A DNA stretch of 64,000 nt from Chrysomallon squamiferum (Eukaryota > Animalia > Mollusca). The notes below the pieces were generated by a model, which made no database searches, was not told where the DNA came from, and saw only the letters and a program-made list of their open reading frames with translations. Where the stretch lies: positions 6,820,001-6,884,000 of the forward strand of contig CM022670.1 of assembly GCA_012295275.1 (NCBI GenBank), in the 5' to 3' direction. Made by a program: the position numbers and the translations under genes. Below are positions 27,090 to 42,195 of the stretch, in pieces. Within the stretch, counting starts at the first letter, position 1, and each line of letters opens with the position of its first letter.

Positions 27090-27708
27090 GTCCATGTTAT
27101 TGTTAATATTATTTCTATTTATGCTCCATGTTAACTTACTTACATAAATTCTCCGTGTTATTGTTAATAAAATTATTTCTACACATTCTCCATGTTACAG
27201 TTAGTATTGTTACTTCAATAAATTCTCCGTGTTATTGTTAATAGAGTTATTTCATTAAATTCTCCGTGTTATTGTTAATACAGTTACTTAAATAAATTCT
27301 CCGTGTTATTGTTAATACAGTTATTTCAAAAAATTCGCCGTGTTATTGTTAATACAGTTATTTCAATAAATTCTCCGTGTTATTGTTAATACAGTTATTT
27401 CAATAAATTCTCCGTGTTATTGTTAATACAGTTATTTCAATAAATTCTCCGTTTTATTGTTAATACAGTTATTTCAATAAATTCTCCGTGTTATTGTTAA
27501 TACAGTTATTTCAATAAATTCTCCGTGTTATTGTTAATACAGTTATTTCAATAAATTCTCCGTGTTATTGTTAATACAGTTATTTCAATAAATTCTCCGT
27601 GTTATTTTTAATACAGCTATTTGTACAAATTCTCCCTGTTACAGTTAATATAATTACTTCAATAAATTCTCTGTGTTATTGTTAATACAGTTATTTCTGT
27701 AAATTCTA
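27090..27708. repeat. 37-bp minisatellite AAATTCTCCGTGTTATTGTTAATACAGTTATTTCAAT, about 16 copies
   Basis: Period 37 (for example 27368 to 27405). Central copies are near-identical and edge copies are diverged. Confidence 0.95.
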
Positions 27709-29684
27709 ACACCATCGTATTGACTTGACGTTTACGACCGGCTCCAACAAGCGAGTGAGGAAGTTTACAAGTGGCCGATACAGAGTGCGTCTTGTAAACG
27801 ACGTAAGAGCAAGGAGGCTGATCATGTTGCTGGGCGCCATGATATCGATCAAGGTCTGCCTGCAGCACACAGAGCGGAAGGGGAGGAAATGGCAGTAGCA
27901 GGCCGCACATGTTCAGATTACCTCTGGCGCACATTTGTAAGCGCTTCACATCTTTGGGGACCGCGAGCTTGTAAATTTAGTTGCGTCGACATTCTCAGTT
28001 TATTACCAATAATTGTGATCAATATGATAGCAGTCTCTGAACTGATTCCAGACACGGCTTGGTGACAAGACTTTCTTCTTTTTAATTGTTACGTTTGTTA
28101 TTGATGTTGTTGTTTGTTGGTGTTGTTTCGTTTTCTACTTCTTCTTTTTTGTTGCTGTTATGGGGTATTTGTTTTCTTTTGCTGTATGTGTTCATCGTCA
28201 TCGTCATCATCATCGTCATCATCATCATTTTAATGATTATCACTTGTAGGTTTCTGGAATAAGAATGTTCTTTTCTCATTCGCTGAAAATCAGACAGGAT
28301 GCAGACAGATATATATCTCGACACGAACTAAGAATAGCACTGTAATGACGTTATCTTGCTGTTATTAAATACAAAACACATATTTCAGGAGGGAAATTTA
28401 CGTTCCTGACTGAATCTGTTTAATGAATCAAAACCACTTGCAGAGCCAGTAAAGATATGTACGTTAAGAATTATTGCAGATGTGGACACGTCAGTTATAA
28501 GAAGATGCATAATCTTTGGCTATTTTTCGCTAAAGTTATAGACTTCCTGGAACGTGTGAAATATCACTGTGTCTGCGTTCTGCTACATACGATATACAGA
28601 TGACGTAGTATCAGTGTACTCATGTTGAGAATCACACATTATTGTTCAGTGATCACCACGTTACCACTGAAAGGCCTGTCAGCAGTTAATTATCTGTATA
28701 AAGATTTTTTTCATTCCATCTGTGTGTGCAGCAGTAGCTTCTTTTAACATGGCTTTATAGCACTGTCTGCTGTGATGTGTAGTAAAATAGGATACATCAT
28801 GGTTAGAAATTCAGTTTGAATTATGAGTTTTATTTATCCGTTGAAAGAGCAGCAAGAGATTAATTATTTGGAGCAGATGAGGAATAAGAAAACAAACAAA
28901 AAAAGTAAATAAATAAATAAAGATAAAAGAAAAAAAAAAAAAAAAGAAAAGAGAATAAAAAAAGAGAAATGATAAGCACCAATTTGTTCATTGTATTTAT
29001 TATTCATTTCGTTTAGACTTGAATTGTAAATCATTTATTTTCTGTAGTGAAAGTAACATCCTTTAAAACGATCTATCAGTATTTTTTTTTTATTAAACAC
29101 ATTCTAAATTTTGTGGTAATCGTTTATATAACCACCAAATCTTGCAGAGGAACCTTAATGTTCACCCTTCATAAGCTACAACAAATGATTTTTATATAAT
29201 TATGTACTTCTCCATGCAAAAAAAAAGGAAAACTGCAATGTTTAATGCATCAGCTAAAGGGGAATGTTTACAGCTAATAAACAGCTAAACAAGCGGTTAA
29301 ACTCTGATCTGATTTTATATTACATTGTAATAAAAATATCTGATAATGCACAAACGATGGAAACTGCATATTCGAAACACAAAACACCATTGACCAGAAA
29401 GCCAGTTTATAGTTTTTATGCGTACTACAAATAGGGCAGTAATGAATTATTGAACATTTTCTAGTAACAATGAGCTAATTTCCCAATCTACAAGTTAAAT
29501 TTATTGTATTAAGTGACCGCTGGTCATGTTGAGTTGGTAATTTAATAATGTGTTTTTGCTGTACTTAGGAAACGAACTGAAATCCCCTGTCACGGAGTGC
29601 ATTAGTCATCAAACTGACCGTCTTGACCCACTTGTTTTTATCTACTTGTCTGCTGTAATTATATAAGTGTAGAGTGGTGTGATG

Positions 29685-29770
29685 GGGGTCGTGGTTAGAG
29701 TGCTCTTCTCAGAACTGATAAACACCGGAGAGGTTCCCCCTCGACGTCTTCACTGGGGTTTTTCTGTCCA
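29685..29770 (+). mobile_element. tRNA-like SINE head fragment
   Basis: A-box-like GTGGTTAGAGTGC, then GGTTCCCC, then TCACTGGGGTTTTTCT, which closely matches the reverse complement of 42113-42129. Confidence 0.45.
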
Positions 29771-31156
29771 CCTGATTTATCCGTCTGTCACTCTGTCTTT
29801 CTGTCTGTCTGTCACTTTGTCTTTCTGTCTGTCTGTCTGTCTGTATGTATGTGTTTGAACATGTATTTATGTGTATGTGTGCATGTACCTACGTATGCGC
29901 GTATGTTGTCTAGCCATCTCTATGTATATATGTATGTATGTTTTTTTTATATGGATGCGTAACCTATATGTTTTGTCTTCTTCTGTCTCTCTTCATACAC
30001 ATAACCTGTCTTTTTTTTCTTATTCTTATTATCTCTCTCTCTCTCAGACTTATCCTATTTTAAAAAACAGTTTTGGCTGTTCAGTTTTTTTTTTTTTTAC
30101 CAACGTGTTTCTGATATGTGTCGCTGATAAATCCTTTCGAGCATTATCAATAAATGTGAGACGCCATTTGCCATCTGATCGGAATAAGAAATCGGACGAA
30201 GATGCAGATAACACAAAGAGATATAGACTCGGCAGAAACCACACAACTCGCCGAAGAAGCTTCGGGGCAAAGTCCTGACCGTCTCTTTTTGAAGAACAAT
30301 CATGCGGCAACATTTACATCATTTCTAGATTCCAATCATTTGATTACATCTGCGCTGCCTTTGTGAAGCCCATAACTACTTTTATCGATTGGTTTCAGCT
30401 CGTGAGTGAAACAAATCACATTTTCGTCCATCTGACTCCAGCTTTATGTGGGCTCGTTTGCCTTTTTTTCGTTTTTTTTTTTTTTTTTTTTTCTTTTTAT
30501 TTATCGATTGGTACGATCTTTCAAAAAAAAAAAATAATAAAAAAAAAAAAAAAAAGAAAAAGCGCGCCAATAATGTCGGTTGAAATAGCCGATTTAATTC
30601 AATGAGCACCAGACGTAAAAATTAGCTTTGACGATTTTATTTTATTTGAAAACTGAATGTGTTGCATGTCGATCAGTTTATCATATCGTTACCTTCGTTA
30701 TACATACATATATACGTAATATATAAAAAAAAGTTATATATACAGCTTTCAAAAGTCCGAGTATGACATGTATGTATAAATGCCTATGTAAATATGAATG
30801 TAAATTTATAAATAAGACTTTTAAAATAAAATAATAATAATAATAATAATAATACTTATTATTATTATTTATTTATTTATTTATAATTGATCTTCATCAT
30901 CATCATCGTTATTGTTATTGTTGTTGTTTTACAAAGATAGAGCTTGTCCTATTACATTGTCAAACTTTATTATAATTAAAGTTTGGTGGTAAGAAAGAAT
31001 TTTGACATCTTATTCTTATTCAGTTTTGGAGGTAAAACATTTATTTATAGTCTCATTCATTCATTCATTCATTCACTCGTGCCTTCTTTCTTTTATTCAT
31101 CCATGATTCTTTGTTTATCCTTTCTTTTGTAACTGTTTTTGTCTATTAAATTTCAG

Positions 31157-31224
31157 AGTCGGCTTTGAAGATTGGTATAGAAGTTATTGTCGCTAGTTTC
31201 GACAGCATTTCCGAAGTAAACATG
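31157..31224 (+). CDS. Lcch3: GABA-beta exon 3 (ESALKIGIEVIVASFDSISEVNM)
   Basis: Acceptor tttcag and donor ATG|GTAAGT; 68 nt. Contains the ASFDSISEVNM motif. Not in the supplied ORF track. Confidence 0.95.
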
Positions 31225-31330
31225 GTAAGTTATTAATTTTTCAAACTAACATTCACTCTGCTATTTATCTTGACAAATAACTTTATTAACTAAATAATAA
31301 ATGAATGTCAGTGTGAATACGTTCTTGGAG

Positions 31331-31375
<45 letters not shown>

Positions 31376-33565
31376 AAGAGTAGAAGGGGCGAGTTCAAGT
31401 TAGCCAACAAACAAATAAAACTTCGTTAAATCAAAAAGTAATGATCAGAGTACAGATGATGTGTTTTTAATGAACTAGATCAAGCAATTAGCAGTTTGCT
31501 CACAAAGTAACGTGTTAACACTTCATCTAGCTCAATCGTATTTCATCGTTTACGATTTATTCCATCAATAAACGATCGAGGAAAGATAAACTTGGTGGTT
31601 ATTGATTGGTACATGTGAAAGAACATGTAAAATGTTAGGATGACATCGTATCGTTGACTGTCGGTGTAATTTATGTGAACAAAGATGGTGGCCATAATTT
31701 TCCAATGGCTGTTTTAATAACTTTCAATATTTATGCGTTAGCATCTTGTCTTACTTAATCGAATTTATTTATGTGCAAAAGGTTGTGTTATATTTTAGAA
31801 ATGACAGGTTTGGTAATTAAGAAAAAATAAAATAAAAAGTATATCGAGAATTTAATGTGATTTTTGTAGGTTTTAAATAATCGCCTTTTATGCGCTTTCT
31901 ACAATCATGACAGTATGTATTAAAAATGTTTTTTCAAAAAAACTTATTTTTAATTTTCTAATTAAGAAATGACTATGACTCTTATGTGTCTTACAAAACC
32001 AGCCTCTCAAAATACTCCGATAAATGAAAAACAACAACAATAAAACAGAAACATTCGTATAAGCCACGAATTTGAAATATGTCAAATTATACACTCACAT
32101 TCATTTCTAGACAGCGTTCATAAATACAGCATACATCATGATGTTACCGATACAACATATGTGACAGTAAATCAGACGTTTACAAATACTGATAACGAGA
32201 AGTCGTGATCATTTTTTGCACTGACAGGCACGGTAAACAGCAGCACAGCACACAAATTATAACAAATGTCATTTCTTTACAAATTCAATATCTCCGAGCA
32301 GGATGATGTCGTAATTTTGTCTGTGATACGTAATATTTATGTACAGGGAGACGACGTCGCATTTTTATTCTGACAGATTTGATAAGAACGAAATATTAAT
32401 GTCTGTGTTTGGCCATGGCTTGTCCTGGAGCAGACAAATAGGGAATGATGTGTGCTGGAACGTTGAGCAAATTAAGTGATAAATTTTACACGATTAAATG
32501 TAGTGTTGGAGTTTTCCACAGCGGAAAGCTAGCTACAGACAGACAACACGACAAGAAAATTAAAGTGATTTGTCTTCGTCATTCTCCTGAGAAACATTCT
32601 TCATTTAACACTTGCGGTGAAAAACTAAACTGTGGCCGAGTTTAATGTTTAATTGTCCAAGCAGTATGAAAGTTACATACTTCATCAGGAGCTCGGGCTT
32701 CTGGTGCTTGTTAAATGCGGCAGAATTTCTATTTACGAAGTATTTCTATACACGGTAATCGAGTTTTCTGCTTCACTGTACAAAAGGTTACACAGTTTTC
32801 GTATATCTTCATGACGTCTCCTTAGAAGAAACCGAAAAAAAAAGTAGAAAAAAAAGTCAAGTTGGAAAGGAAATATTCGTCAAATTTTCATCAGTCACTG
32901 TCCTTTAAAAACTCAAAGAACTGTAATGATAGTTTTCAATATTTTCTAGTGAAGTTTTTAAAAAGAAAAATGTGGGAAAAAAAAAGAATAAAAAAATAAA
33001 TAATAATACTGAAGAGTTCTTTGAAGTTTATCATTTTTGATTCGCATTATTTTGCCAACACAAATAAATGGCGCGATGACGCAAATGTAAATTTTAAACA
33101 TAGTGTCTGATCTTTGGGTTTTTTTTGTTTACAAAAGTTTTATTAACTGCAAATCTAGATCTACAGCGTGCAGGAATCAGTTTATTAAATAATAAACAAG
33201 AAAAAAAAAAAAAAAAAAAAAAAAACCTCCAAAAAAATAAACATCCAAAAATTAAAAAAATGGAAGATATTGATCTAGAACTGTTACATTTTTAGAAAAA
33301 TCAAAACAATTACCTTATCTCAATGTTAGTTAATTTGTATATAGTTTTTTTTATTTTCTATTATAATTATTTTTAAATTTATAATATATTTTTGTTTTAG
33401 TTCATGTTTTTGTCAATTGTGTTCATTAATTTTTCAAATCACTAAATTTTGAAACAGATATTTTTAAATAAACGTTCACTGGATTTTGCCTCTAACTACA
33501 ACAACCGCAACAACAACAACAATATGAACAACAAAAACAACAACAACAATAACAACAACAAAAAC

Positions 33566-33606
<41 letters not shown>

Positions 33607-34125
33607 GTTAAAAAAATAATAATAATAAAAAAAACAAAAAAAATAATAAAATTAAAATATAATAATAATGAAAAAAGAAAAGTGGCTGGTTTGTATTCGC
33701 TCCAGGAATTTAAGTTTATTTAATCACAACGCGTCGTTTCTTGAATTACTGTTTGACAGCAGCCTTTGGCCATGTTGTGTTACACAGTGAAATCTGAGAA
33801 TGAAAAACAGTATTTCAATTTAAAGTTTGTGAAAGATAAACTTTGTTTTGCATCTTAGATTCTCTAAAATAAATATCGTTAATTGGCAAATAGTTATTTA
33901 AATTTCGAAAATAGATGAAAAAAAAAACAAAACAATTTCTTGAATTTTACTATTTCAGCGTATTTATCATACGTTACTTACGGATTTTACCGACATCGTC
34001 CGAGTCGCCTATTACGTCAGCATATTACATCTGTCATATCTGTGAACAACACGGAATCACTGATTAAACTATATACAGAATAACTTAGATACCTCACTTC
34101 ATGAAATCCCGCATCTAATGACTTT

Positions 34126-34292
34126 CACACGTCATATGTTTCATACGTCATGCATCTTACACGTCATGCATCTCACGTCATGCATCTCACATGTCATGCA
34201 TATCTCACCGCATGTATCTCTCACGTCATTCATATCACACGTCATGCATCTGACATGTCATCCATCTCATACGTCATCCATCTCACACGTCA
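34126..34292. repeat. 14-16-bp minisatellite (CA)CACGTCATGCATCT, about 11 copies
   Basis: Directly visible tandem units. Confidence 0.88.
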
Positions 34293-37200
34293 CAGGGATT
34301 TCACTATCACTTACATTATTATTTTCTTATAACTCGTTTTAACGTGATCTGTATGTGCTATACCTGATGTATATCACTAATTGTATATATTTCTGAGGTT
34401 TCACAACTCTTTTAAACATCACACAACTCCCTTATATGGCACATCTTATGCGTATGACTAATTTATTATAACAAACTAATCTCACGAATTTATCTACTTC
34501 TCACATATCTAATATCTTATACATCTCAAGGATAAGAAATCTAAACTATTACAAATCTGACGAAACTCAGATTCACGTGATTCAGATCTCACACATTTCA
34601 AGTATATCTCACGAATAAAAAAGTCTCGTACTTTTTATCTTAATCATCTTTCTCAACTTTTTTTCACGAAACTCACTCAGATCTGGTGCATCACGCATCT
34701 CACATATCTCACGCGTCTCACAGATAACAATTCCAAGTGCAGATGAGTCAACATACCCTGCGGATGTGAAGTCTGAACACTGAGTTTACTCACAGGCTAC
34801 GAATATTGACCAACTGAGATATTTAACTAGTTCACCGTTTTCTTTTAAATCACGATGTGTGAATTAAACGCAATGACTTTTTGTACATGTAACAGTTTGA
34901 AAACGAAATATTTATACATTTATCTATCTTTTCTACTTGTTTCTTTTCTGCATAAGTCATATCTATTATTAAAAACAGAATCGAAGCATCCGGTTCTATC
35001 TAATTCCTGTCGGAATATTTCTGACAAGAAGATACGTTACTAATTTGTGAAAAAAGTGATTGTTATCTAAAAATATCTGACATTTCAGCTAGAAGTATCA
35101 AAACCCATTAACTGACTGAATAAATGTTTGTCTGACAACACCCGATATGCATTTCAGATACACGACGTTTGTAAAACAGCATTAACATAGAAAAGAAACC
35201 GACTGCTACATTTCATGAAGCAACAGCAAGTAATATTTTAGATGCTGCTTTCTCAGCCAAGCAGCAAAACAGTGACAGCCTTAGCTACACCAGGCTGGTC
35301 ATATGACATCAGGTGGATCGGGAAAAATACTTTTTTTTTTTTTTAAATTTAAAACTTTAAATCACTCTGCAATATATCTGTCTTAATTATTTATCACTCT
35401 GAGAAAGAGACACATTTAAATATTCTACAACAAAGTGAAAGTTTCGTTTTGTGCGCACGGGTTAAATTTTTACTTAACCCTTCAGTCAGAACTAAATCAT
35501 TCGTGAGATCTTCAAAAACGGTCGTATCGATTCTCGTAGAAAACAGCAAAGTGAAAGAAGCCGTACTGAATATCGTAATATGACTTGAGTATATAACCAT
35601 TAAATGTTATCTAAACTGTGGTATCTGACACTGAACTTTCATGAAAATATTAGGTTATTAAATAAATAATTTTTATTTCAAAGAATTCTTAATCCTGAAG
35701 CGTAATAAAATTGTTTTGGAAAATTTGTTTTCGGAAAATTGTGGTCATTACTCGAACCGTTAAAGTTATTATTAAATATCAACAAAGCATTTACATCGAT
35801 TGAAGATCCAAGCACGCCTATTATTAAATAAAAATAGCAAGAGATAAATAAATAAACAAGCATAATAGCTAAAATAATATACTTTTTTTCTTACTTATAT
35901 ATGAAATAAAAAATCATTTATAGTATGTGTTAGGAATAATTTATTATGTGCAAGTTAATTAACATTAACATTTATTTATTTATTTATTAAATTATTTGTT
36001 TATTATACATTATTAATTTAATTGACTGATTAACTTATTTTATTTTGTTTTATTTTAATTTAGTTCAGTTTAGTTCAGTTTATTTATACCCTTATTTAAC
36101 TCCATTCTTTTTTTTTACGATTTTATTTCTATAGCAAAAGAATATTCATTAAACCTTTTCTCCCTCGTTTTCAGCAGATGTAAAATATTACGTTACAAAC
36201 TCCTGTTTGTAATATTCAGCTTTTCCCCTAAATGCTCATAAACACGGTCTTATTTACTCGAGGCAAACACCTCAATGGGTAGACCACAAGATAGACGCCA
36301 GTTTCGCAATAACTTCCACAGACGTCAATAACCATTCTCATAGTCGCGAGTACCCAGCAGTCGGGATGGTCTCAATTAGTACGCGCTATTGATTGTCAAG
36401 TTGTGTCTTTGATTCACAAATACATACACACCACTGGCGCTGAATAAACACACCATTCTCGCTCGCAGATGGGCCTCATCAGCTGAAACGGTGAGCCAGT
36501 GTTCCTGGCTGTCCATAGATCACGAACAAGTGGACTGCGGGCAGAGACAAATGGTGCTTTCATCGCATGGTGGGGAGGGATATCGCTGGTCGTGGCACTC
36601 TTCGACGACAAAGGAGGCTCGTTTGGGAAGGGCGAGCTTTTACTGACCTTTTCCTCGCCTCTTTTATGACGGCCGTTCACTTTGGTTTTACGTGTCCGAA
36701 TCTCTGTTAGAATACTAATGGTGAAATTGTAGGACAGTTCCATTAGATTGTTAACGCAGTTCGCTATTTCTGAGATTTGTCGTGTGAAATTTTTTATCAG
36801 AGTGGCTCGTATGTGACGACACTGGATCAAAGTATTTCAGAAGTCTAATGTAATAATGAAATGTTGGCGACTTTTCTACATTACTAATCCATATTGTTCT
36901 GTCTCTTCTGTTTTTTAAGAGAATTTATGTATATAGGTAGATAAATAGATAGATATACTGACAGATAGATAGATACACATATAAAGAGATAGATAGATAG
37001 ATAATGGGATATAATTTTACCATGAATAATAATTATGATGTAAAAGTGTATGACAAAATTTTAATAAAAAAACCCACCCATAAATAATTTGGTAAAAGAC
37101 GATTTATTAAACTCACCGAAATTCCTGGTAATTTTAAATAATGGAATCATTTAAAAAACGTAAGATATAGTTTGGAAAAAGCATTTTCTGTAAGGTTTGT

Positions 37201-38160
37201 GACTACTGACTTAACGACAATGCATGGACAATATTCAGGATTAGGTATAAAAAATTAACTTGTTAAGATGAATGCTGAAAAGAAGTATTATACTTACTGA
37301 AACGGTTTTTGGATTAAATTTATATATTTATTTATTTATTTAGGTCTGAGATAATTTACTTACTTATTTACTTTATTATTAAATTGTTAAAATAATAATA
37401 ATAATTTATTTATTTATTATTTTATTTTATTTTAATTTTAAAAGAAAAGTAAGATTCCGTAAAACACCGGTACCAAATTTCTTCTCTGGTTTCATCATCA
37501 TCACAAATATTTAACGTTCGTTTGACATATGCTAACATCTGAACACAAAAATGAATTATTCACTACAAACTGATTCATTCGTTCATTCTTCCGTCCGTTC
37601 ATTTGTTCTTTAGCACGTTCGTTTATTCACATATTGGAGTCTGCTGGGTTTGGTGACCCAGACAATGTGTGACAGTCTTTACTGGACGCCACCAGCGAAA
37701 CAAACATCTTCAGTTTGGAGTTTGAAATATCTTTATATGAACATCAATCATTGGCTGAGAAATAATTTTCTCTTTCCCAGTACAGAACTTGACGTAACAA
37801 ATAGTTGTACAGATCGCTTGTGCCAGAACGAATGAGTGAGTGAGCGGATGAGTAGATGAGTGAATGAATGGGTGAATGGATGAATAAATGAGAGGAAGGA
37901 AGTAAGAATGAATGGATGAATAAATGAGAGGAAGGAAGTAAGAAATGACGAATCGACAATGAAATTTTTGGATTTTTACATTAATAACGTAATAGCAGCA
38001 GCAGCGATTATGCTTCTAACAACAACTACTACTACAACGACAACAATATTAATAACAATAAGAACAGCAGCACACCAGCAACACCACAACCACCATCATC
38101 ATCAACAACAATAATAATCATAGTTGTAGTATTTGCAGCAGCACCAGTAGCAGCAGCAGC

Positions 38161-38194
<34 letters not shown>

Positions 38195-40055
38195 ATAGTA
38201 GTAATACCAACAACATTCCATCACAAACGCAATTTAATCTACGTTTCTCCACACAAGTCCTAGAAACATTGATTTTATTGTTTTCTTTGGCCAACGTCAT
38301 TAGCCGATGTTTGTCTTGGATTGTCTAAAACCACGTGATTATGAAACTGTCTTCCGAAAGATCGTTGTAACCTGCCAAACGATACAAACATTTCTAGCGA
38401 TCTCAGACTATAATTTAGTCATCCGTCTGTCGCCATTTTGAGGCCAGTGAACCTTGGTGCGCGAAATGCAGTTTTATAATGCGTTCGATTAAGGACCGAT
38501 GCATTTTTATTTTGTTTTTTTTTTGTGTGTTTTTTTCCGATTGCACATTAAGTTTTGCAAATGTGTTAAAATATTAATGATGAAATTTTAGTTTTATCAA
38601 TATCTGTGACTGTCGTATGCTTTTTCTATTTGCAGAATATATTATTTTATTTATTACATGTATACAACTATTGTTAGATGGGTTTTTTTTGTATGTGTCT
38701 GTTTATGTACCTATGTGTGTGTATTATTCTCAACACTGTTTTTTTTTCCTGGTAAAACTATATAAAATATGCGGTTTGTAAATTGTATATTGTGTGTGAA
38801 GTGTGTATTTCTTTTATTTATTTATTTGTTTGTTTATTTATTTATTTGTTTGTTTGTTTGTTTGTTTATTTTTTTTTTTTTGTTTTTGTTTATTTGTTTG
38901 TTTATTGGTTTTTTGTTTGTTTTTTGAGTATGTTTGTTTCATGTTTGAGGAACAAAACACATAGTAATAGCAACTATCAGCACAATGATTCGCCTACACA
39001 GTTACATTGCTCGTATTTGCTGTACGCGATAGACTTAACATAATTAGATTAACGTGTATTTGACTGTCACAAACGAATCAACATTTAAATGTGCAAACAG
39101 TAGTCCTAGTCGTCATTTCAAACAGATACTGGGCAATCATCGAGTAATGTGATTTTTTCTGGAAGACGTCGTGTTTTCACAAAGTCTCAGCCATTCTTCC
39201 TACCAGACTCGGAAAAGAAAACTCGTTGGACGAAAATAAGCTTTTATTTATCTACCTTTTGCCTGTCTTTCTCAAATTTGATTTCAGTTTCACTTTTGGA
39301 AGAAGGAAAACACGCCAGCAATGAAACGCTGCTGGTGTATTTTCGAGTGACGTCCTGAAGGAATTATCAAAGCAGATCGTTGAGGTCATTTTCATTTCTG
39401 CTTGCGAGCATTCTCCCGCCAAAGATTGAGTTACTAATAATGAGGTGTGGCTGGCAATTACTGGAGTTCAAAACGTTCTCGAAATTTGAGTAATTCATTT
39501 AACACGAGTCTATATTTTAACTTGCAGGTTCTAAATTCAGACACAACTAATCTGCTTACGTTTAGGAATTTTGTTATTTTCAGTTGTTTGTCGTGAATAG
39601 TTTAAAAGCAACATGTTTTCATACGTGTATATATATATATATATATATATAAAATCCCTTTTTGAACAGTAAGTACAATTTGCTGAAATGAATGAATCAA
39701 GAAATAATTCTTTAATTCATATGTGGTTTTTGTTTATTACTATTAAAACTTTAATTCATAAGAAATTATTATTATAAACGGTAACGGAGGGTTCACACAT
39801 GGATTTTGTTTAACAATGACAGAGAGATGATGCCGCCACTGCAGTTAGCAACAAAAGATATTTTACATGAAGCTTCTCACAACCAGGAAAGTACAACGTT
39901 TCAAGATAGCTGTTAAAATAATCTGTCCGATACTCTGGGCCAGCAGTTACATCACTTCTTGCTTTTGAAACGTTATATGAGTACAAATGAAATGCTTTAA
40001 TTAAACACGAAATCCTGTCTTCCATAGCGGTTAAATTGGGGATTATGGAATGAAA

Positions 40056-40171
<116 letters not shown>

Positions 40172-42094
40172 GACAGATAGAGAAATAGCTACACAGATAG
40201 GTAGATACATGAATAGATAGATGGATGCATGCATGCATAAATATATATATTACCTATGTATGTAATTCATTATATATATATATATAATGAATTACATACA
40301 TAGGTAGCCTGACAGACTGACTGACAGAGAGATAGACAAATATGGACGAAATTGGGGGCGGAAAGCTCCAAATGTTTATACTAGATTTATATACGTACGA
40401 CCTATTTTTGAAATTTGGCCTCCCTGACAGCTGTTCTGCTGGTATCACCGCTCTGAGTGAGCCGGGGCAAAAAGCGAGTAAAAGAATGACGAGAACTCTG
40501 CAGAGTTTGAAATAATCAATGTTTCTTTCAAGTCCTCTGTAATTATTTTCCTTGTAAGGCTGCAGCGTGTTCAACATTTCAGAGAAATTGTGAAGTAGTA
40601 TTTCCTCAACCACTGATTTTATTTTGTGACACACTTCATAGACATCAGCTGAACTTTTATAGCGTATTCGCAATTATCATCGTAGTTGTTAGCATTTTCA
40701 TCTTTAATATTATCACCGTAGAAAAATCGTTTACAGTATCGTCATTTTTACTATCATTATCGTTGTCTTCGTCTTATTATTGTTGTTGTTGTTGTTATTG
40801 TTATTGTTATTATTGTTGATGTTGTTGTTATTATTGTTGCTGCTGCTGATGCTGCTGTTATACTTCGCTGCAGCAGAAGTAGCAGTCATGATAGAAATAG
40901 TAAATAATAATAACACTTTTCTTTTTTCTCTTTTTTTAAAAATAATACTGTACGAAATTCGGTAGAAATAATAGAATTAATTTAGAAACAGTTTATAGAA
41001 ATCAATTTCAGAAAATAACTTTTCTACATTGTCCAAGTTCCTGATGCAGTTATTATATAATATTTTTAAAAGCTTGTCTTTATCTTGTCGGTCTCGGAAC
41101 AGTAGACATTTCAAAATAGACTGGAACACAAGTTAACGTCTTTGATTCTAAGAACGTAATCAAGCGGTACACATAAAAACTGCGGTTGACGGTGTCTCTG
41201 GAAGCGTCGTCGTGTCTGATGTTCCGTGGTGTGATCGTAATGACGTCGTTATTAGATCACAAACTATGGTCGCCATGGCCGTAGACGGAGTCGTGACAAA
41301 GCAGACGCTGAACTTGGAAATATTTCTGATAGCATCGTCTTCAGCAGCGAAATCTGACAGTCACTCCTGGGGTTGTTCATTACTTCAACGAGTGCAGTTG
41401 AAGTTTTTAAAATTTTATTTCTTTTTCTTTATTTCCTTTTAAAAGTAAATTCCAAACTCACTGAATTTGTCAGCTATTGTAAAAAATTACAGATTTCATA
41501 TACTGTCTTCGGGTTCCTATTGCTTTCTTTTTAAAATAATTTTATTTGGATTTTATGCTTCTGTTTATTTTGTCACTTTGGGATCAACATTTTATTTTTA
41601 AATTGACTTCCTTTCGTGTTCCTTTTAAATGAAGTTTTTAAACTGCTCATATTTTTTATAATTGACGCATTTATATCCAAAATATGATCCATCTAAATTA
41701 CAATCGATTTATTTAAGAATCTCTGTATTGCTGCAATTTGGCGTGAAAGGTAATAATTTGCTTCGAATTACTCCGTAAATCTCTGTTTTAAAAAAGCTAT
41801 TTTGAATGCCATAAAAAGACTTCAATTTAAAACTGTTTTCCTGCTGTATTGGGTTTTATTACGATTAACTTCGTGGATCAGTGATACTCAAGCTTGTGCA
41901 TGAGCATCTAAGCGTAGCTAGATACTGTAATGAAACTAACACTTTATTAAATGGTCGCTGATATGGCTGTTGTTAAATGTTTGGCGTGAAGAGCTGTAGC
42001 CAGAGGGATCAAAAACCGGGTGCTGGTCAGTGTATATTGGTAAGGTGGAAGATTAATTGACAGACTAATTTCTGTAATTTTGCTGACTTAAGTT

Positions 42095-42195
42095 ACAGCC
42101 GAAGTTGGAACGAGAAAAAACCCCAGTGAGTACATCAATGAGTGTTAATCCAGACTCCATAAGTCGGCCCACGTCAAACGTGCTTCAGCATCAAG
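42095..42195 (-). mobile_element. Decayed SINE-like fragment (5' part)
   Basis: TTGGAACGAGAAAAAACCCCAGTGA is shared with the 20100, 20714 and 29750 copies. Confidence 0.45.

Noticed and set aside
27090-27708. 37-bp repeats of CRISPR-like length
   Set aside because: The units are directly adjacent with no unique spacers, there are no cas genes, and the context is a eukaryotic intron. This is a minisatellite.
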